Positions 48,711 through 58,347 of a stretch of 64,000 nt of DNA are shown here, in pieces. Each line of letters starts with the position of its first letter. Within the stretch, counting starts at the first letter, position 1. Origin of the DNA: Oligoflexia bacterium (GTDB lineage Bacteria; Bdellovibrionota; UBA1018); NCBI GenBank assembly GCA_963758495.1, contig CAVWVI010000003.1, positions 768,001 through 832,000 on the forward strand. Reading direction: 5' to 3'. The position numbers and the translations under genes are program-made. The notes beneath the pieces were generated by a model. It did not search any database, was not told the DNA's origin, and saw only the letters and a program-made list of their open reading frames with translations.

Positions 48711-49918
48711 TAAAATCTGTTCAAATCCCCCTCTTACTTCTATTTTTTATCTCAGCTTGTGCATCAGATAACTCAGAAGGAAATCCCCCCGTCAGCAATA
48801 CATCCAGCATTACCCCTGCCACGGGCGCCAATACAATCCCTCTCCACATAGGCGGTCTGTCAGTATGTAGCCAAAACTATCCCAATGAACCTTGCGCGAC
48901 GGTAACCGTTTGTGTTCCGAATACTACAAATTGCCAGACCATAACAGATATCCTGGTAGACACGGGAAGCGTGGGTCTACGTGTATTCGCATCCACTTTT
49001 AAAAATTTTTCAACTTCATTATTTACACCTGTAATGAATGGCTCTAATCCGGTTGCAGAATGCGCCGAATTTGGAACCGGTAGTGACTGGGGACCGGTAG
49101 TCACCGCCTCTGTGACACTCGGAAGCGAACCTGCCGTAACCACCCCCATTCAGCTCATTGAATATTCCTACGCTTCAGCACGTCCTTCCGGCTGCTCTTC
49201 AGCAGACCAGACCCCCTCAGGCGCCGGGTACAATGGAATCCTAGGAGTCGGACTCACTTTACAAGATTGCGGATCTGCATGCGCCACTCTTGCCAATAAT
49301 GATATGTACTATTCCTGTCCTGGAAACGCTTCTTGCACCAGCGCAACAACCCCCCTCGCCAGTCAGCTTCAAAACCCCGTTGCACTTCTCCCCACCGATA
49401 ATAATGGGGTCATTGTCGAATTACCTCTCCCTTCATCCAATAATGTAGCCTCGATCACGGGTTCACTGGTTTTTGGAATCGGCACACAATCGAATAATAG
49501 TCCATCTGGAGCGACCCTTTATGGTGCGGATAATTACGGTAATTTTACCACTAGCTTCAACGGTGCTTCGTATTCCATAAGCTTTATAGATAGCGGATCA
49601 AACGGCCTCTTTTTTCCAGACCCCACAAATTTACCTCTCTGCACCGAAGCCACAGGATTTTTTTGCCCCACTTCAACGACCTCTTTTTCAGCTACTGATA
49701 CCTCTGCTTCAAATAGCTCGACTCAAGTAAGCGTCAATTTTTCTATCGATAATGCACAAACCCTTCTCACTACAGGTAATTCCGGACTCCCCACTCTAGG
49801 GGCAAATCTTTCAGGAGTCTTTGACTGGGGACTCCCCTTCTTCTACGGTAGAAAAGTCTATGTAGGATTCACAAATCAAAATTCTTCGTTGGGCACTGGC
49901 CCTTATTGGGCTTTTTAA
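48707..49918 (+). CDS. DUF3443-family lipoprotein
   Basis: ISAC lipobox; VTVCVP..CQTI..ILVDTGSVGLR, NGILGVG, FIDSGSNG, FDWGLPFFYGR. Confidence 0.88.
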   Translation: MIKSVQIPLLLLFFISACASDNSEGNPPVSNTSSITPATGANTIPLHIGGLSVCSQNYPNEPCATVTVCVPNTTNCQTITDILVDTGSVGLRVFASTFKNFSTSLFTPVMNGSNPVAECAEFGTGSDWGPVVTASVTLGSEPAVTTPIQLIEYSYASARPSGCSSADQTPSGAGYNGILGVGLTLQDCGSACATLANNDMYYSCPGNASCTSATTPLASQLQNPVALLPTDNNGVIVELPLPSSNNVASITGSLVFGIGTQSNNSPSGATLYGADNYGNFTTSFNGASYSISFIDSGSNGLFFPDPTNLPLCTEATGFFCPTSTTSFSATDTSASNSSTQVSVNFSIDNAQTLLTTGNSGLPTLGANLSGVFDWGLPFFYGRKVYVGFTNQNSSLGTGPYWAF

Positions 49919-49920
49919 GC

Positions 49921-50436
49921 TCAAATCAAAATCTTTTTAGAAAGAACTTGGGCCCTCAGCTCCTTTTTGTAGTCTACAATTCGATCTAAATATTCTGCTC
50001 CCAGATTCCCTGCTGCTGCTCCTAGAATCTGAGTTGCGAGAATGCCAGCATTCCACGCATTCCCAATTGCGACGGTAGCAACAGGAACTCCTTTCGGCAT
50101 TTGCACAATCGAGTAGAGAGCGTCCTGCCCTTGAAGATGCCCGATCGGAACAGGAACTCCAATTACGGGTAACTCAGTGAGTGAAGCAACCATGCCTGGA
50201 AGATGCGCTGCCCCTCCTGCCCCTGCAATAATGACTCGAATACCACCATCTCGAGCCGTTTCGGCAAATCGCACCATCTCTTGGGGAGTACGATGAGCTG
50301 ATACGATCGATATTTCGTATGGAATCATCATCTTTTCAAGGGCGGCAGCCGCATCCTTCATCACAGAATAATCAGAGTCACTTCCCATCACGATTGCCAC
50401 AAGCGGTTTACTGGATGATGATGATACATAGGTCAT
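49921..50436 (-). CDS. purE: N5-CAIR mutase
   Basis: [32 protein letters not shown]. Confidence 0.97.
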   Translation of the reverse strand: MTYVSSSSSKPLVAIVMGSDSDYSVMKDAAAALEKMMIPYEISIVSAHRTPQEMVRFAETARDGGIRVIIAGAGGAAHLPGMVASLTELPVIGVPVPIGHLQGQDALYSIVQMPKGVPVATVAIGNAWNAGILATQILGAAAGNLGAEYLDRIVDYKKELRAQVLSKKILI

Positions 50437-50468
50437 AATTTAATTTATCCTTGGATTTTACTGTGCCT

Positions 50469-51668
50469 TTAAAAGCATTGTAACCATCGTTGGTGGCAAT
50501 CGTCTAAATCTTTCAAAAGAATATCAATATCATTGAAAGACTGCACTGTTCCATTTAGGTGACCCAGTTTTCTGCGGGGCCGAATTTCATTCTTACTATA
50601 CCAATGAAGATGAAGACGACTCGTCGGTTCTGGCAAAAACTCTCTAGAGTTCATCCCTATGAAATGGTCTGGGCCTAATAGATTCAACATAGCAAAAGCT
50701 GCGCTAGAACTGATCTCACCTAAGGGTATTTCTAAAATGGCTCGGCAGTGATTTTCAAATTGATCCGTCGCACATGCATTCTGTGTATAATGTCCAGAAT
50801 TATGAACCCGAGGAGCAATTTCATTTACCCATAACTCTCCAGATTGGGTTTCAAAAAATTCTATTCCAAAAGCACCTACTAACTCAATCGATTTTGAAAT
50901 TCTTTCAGCATACTGCTTCGCTCGTTCTTCATTTTTTTGGGATACACCAAAAGCAGTTGCGGGGCCGTAAACTCGAACACAAATGCCTTTTTTTTGCTCA
51001 GAGATCACGAGAGGGTAACTTAAAAACTCACCCCCTCTAGACAAAACAGCAATCAGGGCTAACTCCCTTTTAAAGAGAACTTTTTCTTCAGCATAAACAG
51101 AGCTCCCCCATCGACTCGCTTTCGCACAAAATTCTTCAGCGCGCTTGATATCCTCAGGAGAATCACTGATCTCTAAAACACCTTTTCCATCATAACCCAT
51201 CTTCGCCCACTTCAAAACGCAGTGGCCACCATAATGTTTGAGTATCGATAAAAGCCGTAAGTGAATGTCATCCGTAGAATTCAAAACAAGATAGGAAGCA
51301 GAAGGGATCTTTAATTTTTCGAGTAATACTTTTTGCCGAAGCTTATCTTGAAGACTAGCGAGAGTATCTAAACTAGGAAAAAAGTGAACAGAGTTTTTCG
51401 ATGCAACGGTTCTTAATTTTTCACAATTAACAAATTCATTCTCAAAAATAACGCAACTCACCTGCGCAAATAACTTTTCAAGAGCACTTTCATCATCAGT
51501 TGCGCCATACACTCCGAGGGGGTAAGCTTGCGCTGCCGGTGTATGAGGATTCTCAGAAAGCACAATCGGCTTAAATCCCATTCTAAATAAGGCGTCAGCC
51601 AACATCAGGGAAAGCTGACCTCCTCCTATAATTCCGATGTGGGTTAAGTTTTTTGATTGTATTGGCAT
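50469..51668 (-). CDS. purK: N5-CAIR synthase
   Basis: IGGGQL, GYDGKG, NEIAPRVHNSGH, RKLGH; start placed at MPIQ. Confidence 0.93.
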   Translation of the reverse strand: MPIQSKNLTHIGIIGGGQLSLMLADALFRMGFKPIVLSENPHTPAAQAYPLGVYGATDDESALEKLFAQVSCVIFENEFVNCEKLRTVASKNSVHFFPSLDTLASLQDKLRQKVLLEKLKIPSASYLVLNSTDDIHLRLLSILKHYGGHCVLKWAKMGYDGKGVLEISDSPEDIKRAEEFCAKASRWGSSVYAEEKVLFKRELALIAVLSRGGEFLSYPLVISEQKKGICVRVYGPATAFGVSQKNEERAKQYAERISKSIELVGAFGIEFFETQSGELWVNEIAPRVHNSGHYTQNACATDQFENHCRAILEIPLGEISSSAAFAMLNLLGPDHFIGMNSREFLPEPTSRLHLHWYSKNEIRPRRKLGHLNGTVQSFNDIDILLKDLDDCHQRWLQCF

Positions 51669-51848
51669 TTTAATCCCTTTTAAATGGTCTACGGATTTTA
51701 GGCACCAAAAAAGTAAGGTCTGGAGGATTTTCTCGTCTAGTTTTGCCCAAACTTCTCCGAAGTTCGATCGCATTCTCCTAAAATGAGACTCTTTCATTCC
51801 CTTTGCTCTTCCCTATTCCGCCATGCCGCTTGCAACTCTCTGAGATGG

Positions 51849-52574
51849 ATGATGGAAAAAACGCCCCCTTCAGAACGCCCCAGAGAACGATGCCTTGAAA
51901 CAGGGCCCTCATGCCTCAGTCTCAGAGAATGCCTGGCCTTAATTATCAGCTCTGGCCCTCGAGGAGTCGGCTGTTTAGGCTTGGCAGGACAACTCTTAGA
52001 ACGCCCCGGAAAAGGACTTGGAAGAATCGATGAAGAACGAGCATTTTTTACTGGCATTGAAACTTCAGGAACCGCCTATTTAAAAGAATTGCCCGGCCTT
52101 GGCCCTTCAGCACAAGCCAAAATTTTAGCAGCTTTTGAATTAGGGCGACGGTATGCTCTTTATCGCTGTAGTTTTCATAAAAAAATACAAATGACGGAAA
52201 TGTCGCTTCCCGATCTTGCAACTCTTGCACTGAATAAAATTACCCAAAAGCAGCGGACTGAACCTCAAGAGTGGCTCGGCTTTGTTCCCATTCATCGATC
52301 AGGTGAGCTGGGAGATCTCTGTGTCGTCGAAAAAGGCGTAAGAACTCATGTGAATACGGATCCAGCTGAGCTTTTTGCAAGGCTTTTGGCCTTAAGACCC
52401 AAAGGATTCTTTCTTTTTCACAACCACCCCTCAGGATTGACAAAACCCTCTGTTCAAGATTTCGACCTCACGAACAGAGTTGCAGGTCTTTCTAAACAAC
52501 TCGGAATTCAGTTGGTAGGTCATTGGATTGTAACTCCTGAAAACGAGCGCTGGATAGGCGTGAGTATTGTATAG
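51849..52574 (+). CDS. radC: RadC-family JAB-domain protein
   Basis: ERPRER N-terminus, HhH (GLGPS), HNHPSG..PS..D JAB motif. Confidence 0.85.
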   Translation: MMEKTPPSERPRERCLETGPSCLSLRECLALIISSGPRGVGCLGLAGQLLERPGKGLGRIDEERAFFTGIETSGTAYLKELPGLGPSAQAKILAAFELGRRYALYRCSFHKKIQMTEMSLPDLATLALNKITQKQRTEPQEWLGFVPIHRSGELGDLCVVEKGVRTHVNTDPAELFARLLALRPKGFFLFHNHPSGLTKPSVQDFDLTNRVAGLSKQLGIQLVGHWIVTPENERWIGVSIV

Positions 52575-52649
52575 GAGTCCTCCGGGTAGACTGCGCCCAC
52601 TCAACATCAGCTGATGAAATCGGGCGTTTATTATGCTAAGAGGTTTAAA

Positions 52650-53276
52650 ATGCTACTGAGTACCCCCCCTGTCCCCTGTCCAAAATGCGATAAAATCCTT
52701 GAACTGTGTATTTGCAGTGAGATTAAACCTCTCTCTACGCGGCCTCACGTCCTCATTCTACAACACCCTCAAGAACCGGATCATGATCTGGGCACTGCAA
52801 AGATCACCCATCTCGCATTAGCTGAGTCTACTTTAAATATCGGCCTATCCTGGCCCAATCTCCGAAAGGCTTTAGGCCGCGATGCCATTGGCTCCCGCTG
52901 GGTGGTTCTCTACCTAGGGAGTGGGATTAAAGGGGAAAGCAAGGATTCCTCTCCGCTGCAGTTTGTCTCAAAACAAGGAGCGCCCGTTCCTCCTCCAAAA
53001 GAATCAATCGATGGAATCGTCATACTTGATGGAACCTGGAGTCAAGCTAAAGCACTTTGGTGGAGAAATGCCTGGCTTTTGAAATTGAACCGTGCCGTCC
53101 TTAGACCTACCCGAAAGTCTCTTTATAAAGAACTTCGGCGAGAACCCCGCAAAGAATGCTTATCTACGATTGAAACTGTCGCAGAAGCCTTAACCGCCCT
53201 GGGTGAGTCTCCTGCTATTGGAGATGAACTTCGAAATCTATTTTCAAAGCTTCTAGATAAAAAGAGAAATAAATAA
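52650..53276 (+). CDS. DTW-domain protein (tRNA acp3U transferase family)
   Basis: CxxC...CIC, LQHPQE, LDGTWSQA, LSTIE. Confidence 0.88.
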   Translation: MLLSTPPVPCPKCDKILELCICSEIKPLSTRPHVLILQHPQEPDHDLGTAKITHLALAESTLNIGLSWPNLRKALGRDAIGSRWVVLYLGSGIKGESKDSSPLQFVSKQGAPVPPPKESIDGIVILDGTWSQAKALWWRNAWLLKLNRAVLRPTRKSLYKELRREPRKECLSTIETVAEALTALGESPAIGDELRNLFSKLLDKKRNK

Positions 53277-53361
53277 GAAACGAAATGATAAGGGACAAAA
53301 TTTAAGTAATTTAAAGAGATAACCTATGGAATTGCACCTCAAGCTGAGGTAAGTTGCCGGC

Positions 53362-53631
53362 ATGTCTATTTGGATTATCATAAGTTGGATCTTGGTCTTG
53401 GTCTTGACAACAATCAACGTTTTGGTTTTTTTAAAGCTTAAACAAGCCAGTGAACAAATGATGAAAATGGCATTTCCTGGAGCCAAAAACATGTCTGATG
53501 CTCTTTCCAAAATGCAACAGATGACTCAAGGACTCAATCGGGGCCCAGGCGGCGGCGGATCCAATAAGGACGCACAGCTCAAAGCAGCTATGAACATGCT
53601 GCAGCAAATGCAAAAGGGTGGAAAACGCTAA
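53362..53631 (+). CDS. Small membrane-anchored Met/Gln-rich protein
   Basis: GAGGT RBS; single TM helix; M/Q/G-rich tail. Confidence 0.7.
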   Translation: MSIWIIISWILVLVLTTINVLVFLKLKQASEQMMKMAFPGAKNMSDALSKMQQMTQGLNRGPGGGGSNKDAQLKAAMNMLQQMQKGGKR

Positions 53632-53705
53632 TTTTCACCTCTGCAATACCGTAACTCATTGACACTTCTTGCAGTGCCTACCCTATTCGCTCGTGTTTTT
53701 TACGC

Positions 53706-54446
53706 TCATTCGGGCCAAAGAGGTGGCAATGGCTCGCCATCTGAAAACACATTTTTTTCTCCCAAACACTGACCGCATAGATCCCTAGGAACGGTCTTTG
53801 ACTGCAGTTGATTCGGGTTATTTTGAAAAAAAGAACTGATTACCCAAGTACCCAACAACACCAAAGTCTCTTGGTCTGTTTTTGGAACCTCATCCAACGG
53901 CAAGTCAATTTTGACTTCAATAGGATGAAGGGCATTTCTAATTCCCAATAACTCCTCGTCCAATATCGGAATACGGGCATTATAACAACTCAGCGCACCC
54001 TCCTCATTACTCTGAAAGAAGATTTCCCTCGGCACCGGGATCTTTTCCAAGGCTTGCTTAATACAGTCAGGGGTATCTTCTGACTCTTGAAGTTGAAGAT
54101 AGGGAGCAGTGTTCCGACGAAGACGATAAGAGAGCGGTTTCTCTGCTTGTAAAATACTTGAACTTAAAAAGCACTTCCGCACCTCCCTAAGATGGATGTC
54201 TTTGAATAATGAGTTCAATGGCTCACAATCAAACGCTTTATTAGGCTTCGGATTACTTACATATTCTTTTTCTCCAACCTCGGCAGTGGGCATTGCTCCC
54301 ACCTGACTCGGTCTTCTATAATGAAGATTGTATAATAGTATCCTATGCAATGTATGTTCGCCTTTCACAGGTCCGCTAGAACATGCTGAAAAGAATAGAA
54401 AGAGACTTGAAAGAATTAAAATTTTTATATTTTTGAGTAGTTCCAT
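53706..54446 (-). CDS. Hypothetical lipoprotein
   Basis: FSAC lipobox; several Cys. Confidence 0.7.
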   Translation of the reverse strand: MELLKNIKILILSSLFLFFSACSSGPVKGEHTLHRILLYNLHYRRPSQVGAMPTAEVGEKEYVSNPKPNKAFDCEPLNSLFKDIHLREVRKCFLSSSILQAEKPLSYRLRRNTAPYLQLQESEDTPDCIKQALEKIPVPREIFFQSNEEGALSCYNARIPILDEELLGIRNALHPIEVKIDLPLDEVPKTDQETLVLLGTWVISSFFQNNPNQLQSKTVPRDLCGQCLGEKNVFSDGEPLPPLWPE

Positions 54447-54464
54447 TTGTACCCATAATAATCC

Positions 54465-54480
54465 AGGCACGTGGATTGCA
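54465..54480 (+). promoter_or_regulatory. Putative sigma54 promoter
   Basis: AGGCACG-N4-TTGCA upstream of 54557. Confidence 0.6.
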
Positions 54481-54556
54481 CAAATCGCCGCCCATCTACG
54501 TGGCCCTTCATCGCCTCGTTTAATATAGTTGTTCTTCTAAGAATAAGGAGGTTCTA

Positions 54557-55453
54557 ATGCGAAACTCACTCGCGATTTTCACAGTATTTTTCATTGGCTT
54601 CGCCCTAAGTGGCTGTAATTCCAATTCTACCGCAACCCCACCTAAGAAGGTGACTAAGCCTGTTGAAATAGATCAGAATTCATTGGACTGGGCCATTAAG
54701 CTTCAATCAAAATGCACCCCCCCTGCAGAAGAGGGCGAAGCAGACAAATGTGTGGCTTTATATGGCTTTACCGTACTTAAAGATGGTCATTTTCAGCTGG
54801 GACCTGGTCCAGCGGGTGAAATGAGAATTGGGATGATTGATCCAGAAGAACTTAAGGCCATAAGCTCGGCCTTAAGTGCTACACTCTCATCACCCCGTTT
54901 ACAGGCTGAGGTACATCAAAATATTGATGCAAGTGGAACTAATGACATTGTCACTTTAATTAGAGGGACAAGTGAGGCAGAGATTTTACTCAAGACCTCG
55001 GGAAGCGATCTCAATTTTCAAACAAGGTCCATTGACGAGGCAAAGGCAGTTCTCACCGCAATTCGCAATCTTGCATTGAAATATTACGCTCTTCCATTTC
55101 CAGACGCGTGCAATGATGGTGCGGCAACACTTCAAACTCTCTTTAGTTCGATGCGAACTTGCTCAGCAGATGCCGATTGCGCATACGTCAGTGATGCTTT
55201 TGATATTATTGATTCCAATAGTACTCAATATATCACGACTGATGATTGTACTTTAATTCACCCATTGATCGTTGGAAATGCAACTACTGTCCGAAGCAAT
55301 CAAACCAAGCTTCAAGAGGCTGTGTCCCAGGTTCAAAGTGCCTGCGGTGCAGGATTAACTCGCTCTGACTGTACTGAATCTGTTGGATTCCAGCTCAGTG
55401 GCACCTCTCCCACTTGCCAACAAGGCGTATGTCAAATCAATTCGAGTCATTAA
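54557..55453 (+). CDS. Cys-rich hypothetical lipoprotein
   Basis: AAGGAGG RBS; LSGC lipobox; CxxDADC and terminal CQQGVC. Confidence 0.8.
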   Translation: MRNSLAIFTVFFIGFALSGCNSNSTATPPKKVTKPVEIDQNSLDWAIKLQSKCTPPAEEGEADKCVALYGFTVLKDGHFQLGPGPAGEMRIGMIDPEELKAISSALSATLSSPRLQAEVHQNIDASGTNDIVTLIRGTSEAEILLKTSGSDLNFQTRSIDEAKAVLTAIRNLALKYYALPFPDACNDGAATLQTLFSSMRTCSADADCAYVSDAFDIIDSNSTQYITTDDCTLIHPLIVGNATTVRSNQTKLQEAVSQVQSACGAGLTRSDCTESVGFQLSGTSPTCQQGVCQINSSH

Positions 55454-55479
55454 AAACCACTCGAATTCGATTGTCTCCT

Positions 55480-55505
55480 CCGGGACTAGGATTTCCTAGT
55501 CCCGG
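55480..55505. terminator. Hairpin, possible terminator
   Basis: CCGGGACTAGG-attt-CCTAGTCCCGG; no U tail. Confidence 0.5.
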
Positions 55506-55517
55506 TCTAGAATGAGA

Positions 55518-55533
55518 TGGCATTTTGATTGCA
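55518..55533 (+). promoter_or_regulatory. Putative sigma54 promoter
   Basis: TGGCA-N6-TTGCA ending 27 nt upstream of ATG 55561. Confidence 0.6.
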
Positions 55534-55560
55534 AATATTCTGGATCATTGGGGGCTCACG

Positions 55561-56136
55561 ATGATTTGTTCGAAACTACTCTTGATTTTGATATTTCTCA
55601 CCCTAATAGGATGTAATGGTGGCTCTGAAAGAACAGTGAATCCATCTGTTCCCGATCCTGTACCCCCTCATGATACAGGTGAAGACAATACTGACCTCAA
55701 TCCCACCTCACCTCAAGTGACCTACGCCTCAAAATGGACCAGCGTAACTCTTTTAGCAAATTCTGCCAAAACGATCATTGATTCATTAGGACACTTTTCA
55801 ACTAATCGAAATGCCTGTGGCAAAGACGCTTATGGTTCGATTGCTCTAGAAGTTTGGAATCCTTTAGCTAAAAATTTAAATTTAGCTATTGAAAAAGATC
55901 CACCTTACAATGACTACTGCATCCCGATTCCAGAAACTAATAATAAATATATGGATGGTACTGTTGAAATAAAGATGGAACAGGGGAATCGTAAACTTTA
56001 TGAACTGAGAGATAATCAAATTTGTAGCACCATTGCAGATCCCCAAGTTTCTGACATTCTTTTTGGAATTATAAATAAACTCATTATCATTGCAGATAAA
56101 GAAGATTGTCCAAACGGATGGGGGTCCTTCGAATAA
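55561..56136 (+). CDS. Hypothetical lipoprotein
   Basis: LIGC lipobox, Pro-rich linker. Confidence 0.75.
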   Translation: MICSKLLLILIFLTLIGCNGGSERTVNPSVPDPVPPHDTGEDNTDLNPTSPQVTYASKWTSVTLLANSAKTIIDSLGHFSTNRNACGKDAYGSIALEVWNPLAKNLNLAIEKDPPYNDYCIPIPETNNKYMDGTVEIKMEQGNRKLYELRDNQICSTIADPQVSDILFGIINKLIIIADKEDCPNGWGSFE

Positions 56137-56180
56137 CTCATGGAAGACGGATCATATGAGACTCAATTGTGTTTCTCATT

Positions 56181-56894
56181 TTAGATCGTGAGGCCATGGA
56201 AGGCCTCTAACATTTTCTCTCTTACCTCTTGAGCAAGGACTTCTACTTGACTTGCTGCAACACCAGACGTCTCAATAGGTGGCAGTACCTTTATTTTCAA
56301 TACTCCACCCTTCAAATGCCCTCCTTTAAAATGAATAAAAGGACGAATAGGACCTGAGACAATGGGTACTAGCGGCACACCTGCCTGGATTGCCATATGA
56401 AATGCGCCTCTTTTAAACGGCAAGAGTCCTTCCCCTGTACGATTTCGCGTACCCTCTGGAAAAATCCAGATGGAAACTGATTTTTTTTTAATGATCTCCG
56501 TCGCCCGCGCAAGACCTGCCAAAGCTTTCACTTGATTTTGACGATCTATTAAAATATTCCCCGCGGCCATGAAGAATAAGCCGAAAAATGGCATCCATCT
56601 GACTTCTTTTTTACCAATCACTACGGTTCTTTGAGGATAAATGCCTCCAAAGGTAGCCATATCCATATTACTTTGATGATTAGCAATATAGATACAAGGC
56701 TGAGACGACTTCAGATATTGCTTTCCGTCTACTTCTACTCGAAGTCCAATAATCTTCAGAGTGACCCAAGAAAATATACGAGCAAAATCACGATTTATAT
56801 TGAGATTTCCCCATCTAAATAATGAGTAAAGAACCCCACCCAAAGAACTGATAATAATCCATAAAGATATTAAAAAGGTGCGAAAGTAAAACAC
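56181..56894 (-). CDS. plsC: 1-acyl-sn-glycerol-3-phosphate acyltransferase
   Basis: NHQSNMD, IDR, FPEGTR, FKRGAF; GTG start. Confidence 0.93.
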   Translation of the reverse strand: MFYFRTFLISLWIIISSLGGVLYSLFRWGNLNINRDFARIFSWVTLKIIGLRVEVDGKQYLKSSQPCIYIANHQSNMDMATFGGIYPQRTVVIGKKEVRWMPFFGLFFMAAGNILIDRQNQVKALAGLARATEIIKKKSVSIWIFPEGTRNRTGEGLLPFKRGAFHMAIQAGVPLVPIVSGPIRPFIHFKGGHLKGGVLKIKVLPPIETSGVAASQVEVLAQEVREKMLEAFHGLTI

Positions 56895-56973
56895 GATCTA
56901 CGGAGCATCGCACATCCTCCTCACAGGCTCAATACAAGATATCAGATTAAGCAAATAAATCTGTAGCTAGAAT

Positions 56974-58335
56974 TTATTCTAATCCGTATCTTCTTCTTTT
57001 TCTCCAAAGAGTACTTAAATTAATTCCCAAAATACTTGCTGCCTCTTCAAGCGTAGTAGCAGTAGTGAGAATATGACGAATATGTTGCTTTTCTAAATCC
57101 TCTAAACTCACATCCGATTGCGTAACTGCCATTAATGACGGAGAAGTAGATTGAAGAGGATGGGTATGTTCTAAAACTCGATCAGGCAAATCTTCTAACG
57201 TTACTTGATCTCCGGTACAAAGAATAGCTGCTCTTTCCAATGCATTCTTCAATTCACGAATATTTCCTGGCCACCCATAGCCCTCAATGGTTCGCTTTGC
57301 ACCTTCATCCAGGGCTCGTGGCTTACAGCCAGTAGATGCAAATGAACGCATCAAAAGCTGTTCAGCCAAGGTCAAAATATCCTCCGGACGCTGTCTTAAT
57401 GATGGCATATGAATATCAATAACATTTAAGCGAAAATAGAGATCTTCTCGAAATCGACCTCCTTTAACTTCACGCTCTAAATCTTTATTCGTAGCTGCAA
57501 TAATTCTTACATCCACTCGAATCGTTTTAGTATCACCCACTCGTTCAAATTCTCGCTCTTGAAGAAATCGAAGTAATTTAGTCTGAAGACTAGGAGACAC
57601 CTCCCCAATTTCATCAAGGAAAACCGTCCCAGAATCTGCAACTTGCAAACGCCCGATTTTATCCTTCACCGCACCCGTAAAAGCTCCTCTTACGTGGCCA
57701 AAGAGTTCACTTTCAAGAAGATTTTCAGACAATGTAGCGCAATTAACAACAACAAAAGGCCCTTTAGACCTCGGACTTCCATCATGCATCAGTTTAGCTA
57801 GCAAGGTTTTACCCGTTCCACTTTCTCCCGTAACGAGAATAGTAGAGTCCGTAACAGCCACTTTTTTGGCTGTATCCAAAACCTTTTGCATCCTTGCATT
57901 TCGAGTCACAATTGCTGAAGGCTCGGATAAAGCATCTACTTGGTCTCGAAGTTTTGTATTTTCTTCTCTGAGACGCCTGTACTCTTCGATTCTTTCCACA
58001 ACATGCTCTAATTGTTCAGGAGTAAAGGGCTTAACTAAGTAGTCATGTGCTCCACTCTTGATTGCTGCAACCGCTGTATCTATCGTACCATAAGCTGTCA
58101 TGATGACTACAGTAGCAGATGGAAAATACTCTCGCGCTTTACCTAAAAGATCAAGACCACTCATTCCATCCATTCTAAGATCTGTTAATACGATATCCGG
58201 ATTTGACCTTCGCATTAAAGTAATGGCCATTTCACCGCTATCAGCAACATCTACTTGATGGCCAATATTTTTTAATGCAGCCTCAATTGTGCTACAAATA
58301 CTTCGCTCATCATCAACAACGAGAACTCTTGCCAT
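56974..58335 (-). CDS. Sigma54-dependent response regulator (AlgB-like)
   Basis: REC, GESGTGKT, GAFTGA, FLDEIG, WPGNIREL, Fis HTH. Confidence 0.95.
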   Translation of the reverse strand: MARVLVVDDERSICSTIEAALKNIGHQVDVADSGEMAITLMRRSNPDIVLTDLRMDGMSGLDLLGKAREYFPSATVVIMTAYGTIDTAVAAIKSGAHDYLVKPFTPEQLEHVVERIEEYRRLREENTKLRDQVDALSEPSAIVTRNARMQKVLDTAKKVAVTDSTILVTGESGTGKTLLAKLMHDGSPRSKGPFVVVNCATLSENLLESELFGHVRGAFTGAVKDKIGRLQVADSGTVFLDEIGEVSPSLQTKLLRFLQEREFERVGDTKTIRVDVRIIAATNKDLEREVKGGRFREDLYFRLNVIDIHMPSLRQRPEDILTLAEQLLMRSFASTGCKPRALDEGAKRTIEGYGWPGNIRELKNALERAAILCTGDQVTLEDLPDRVLEHTHPLQSTSPSLMAVTQSDVSLEDLEKQHIRHILTTATTLEEAASILGINLSTLWRKRRRYGLE

Positions 58336-58347
58336 TGCGGACTCCTT

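Noticed and set aside
51849..52574. JAB protein as deubiquitinase partner of the RING/AN1 genes or a CBASS component
   Set aside because: It has the ordinary full-length RadC architecture, housekeeping context and no adjacent E1/E2/Ubl or cyclase.
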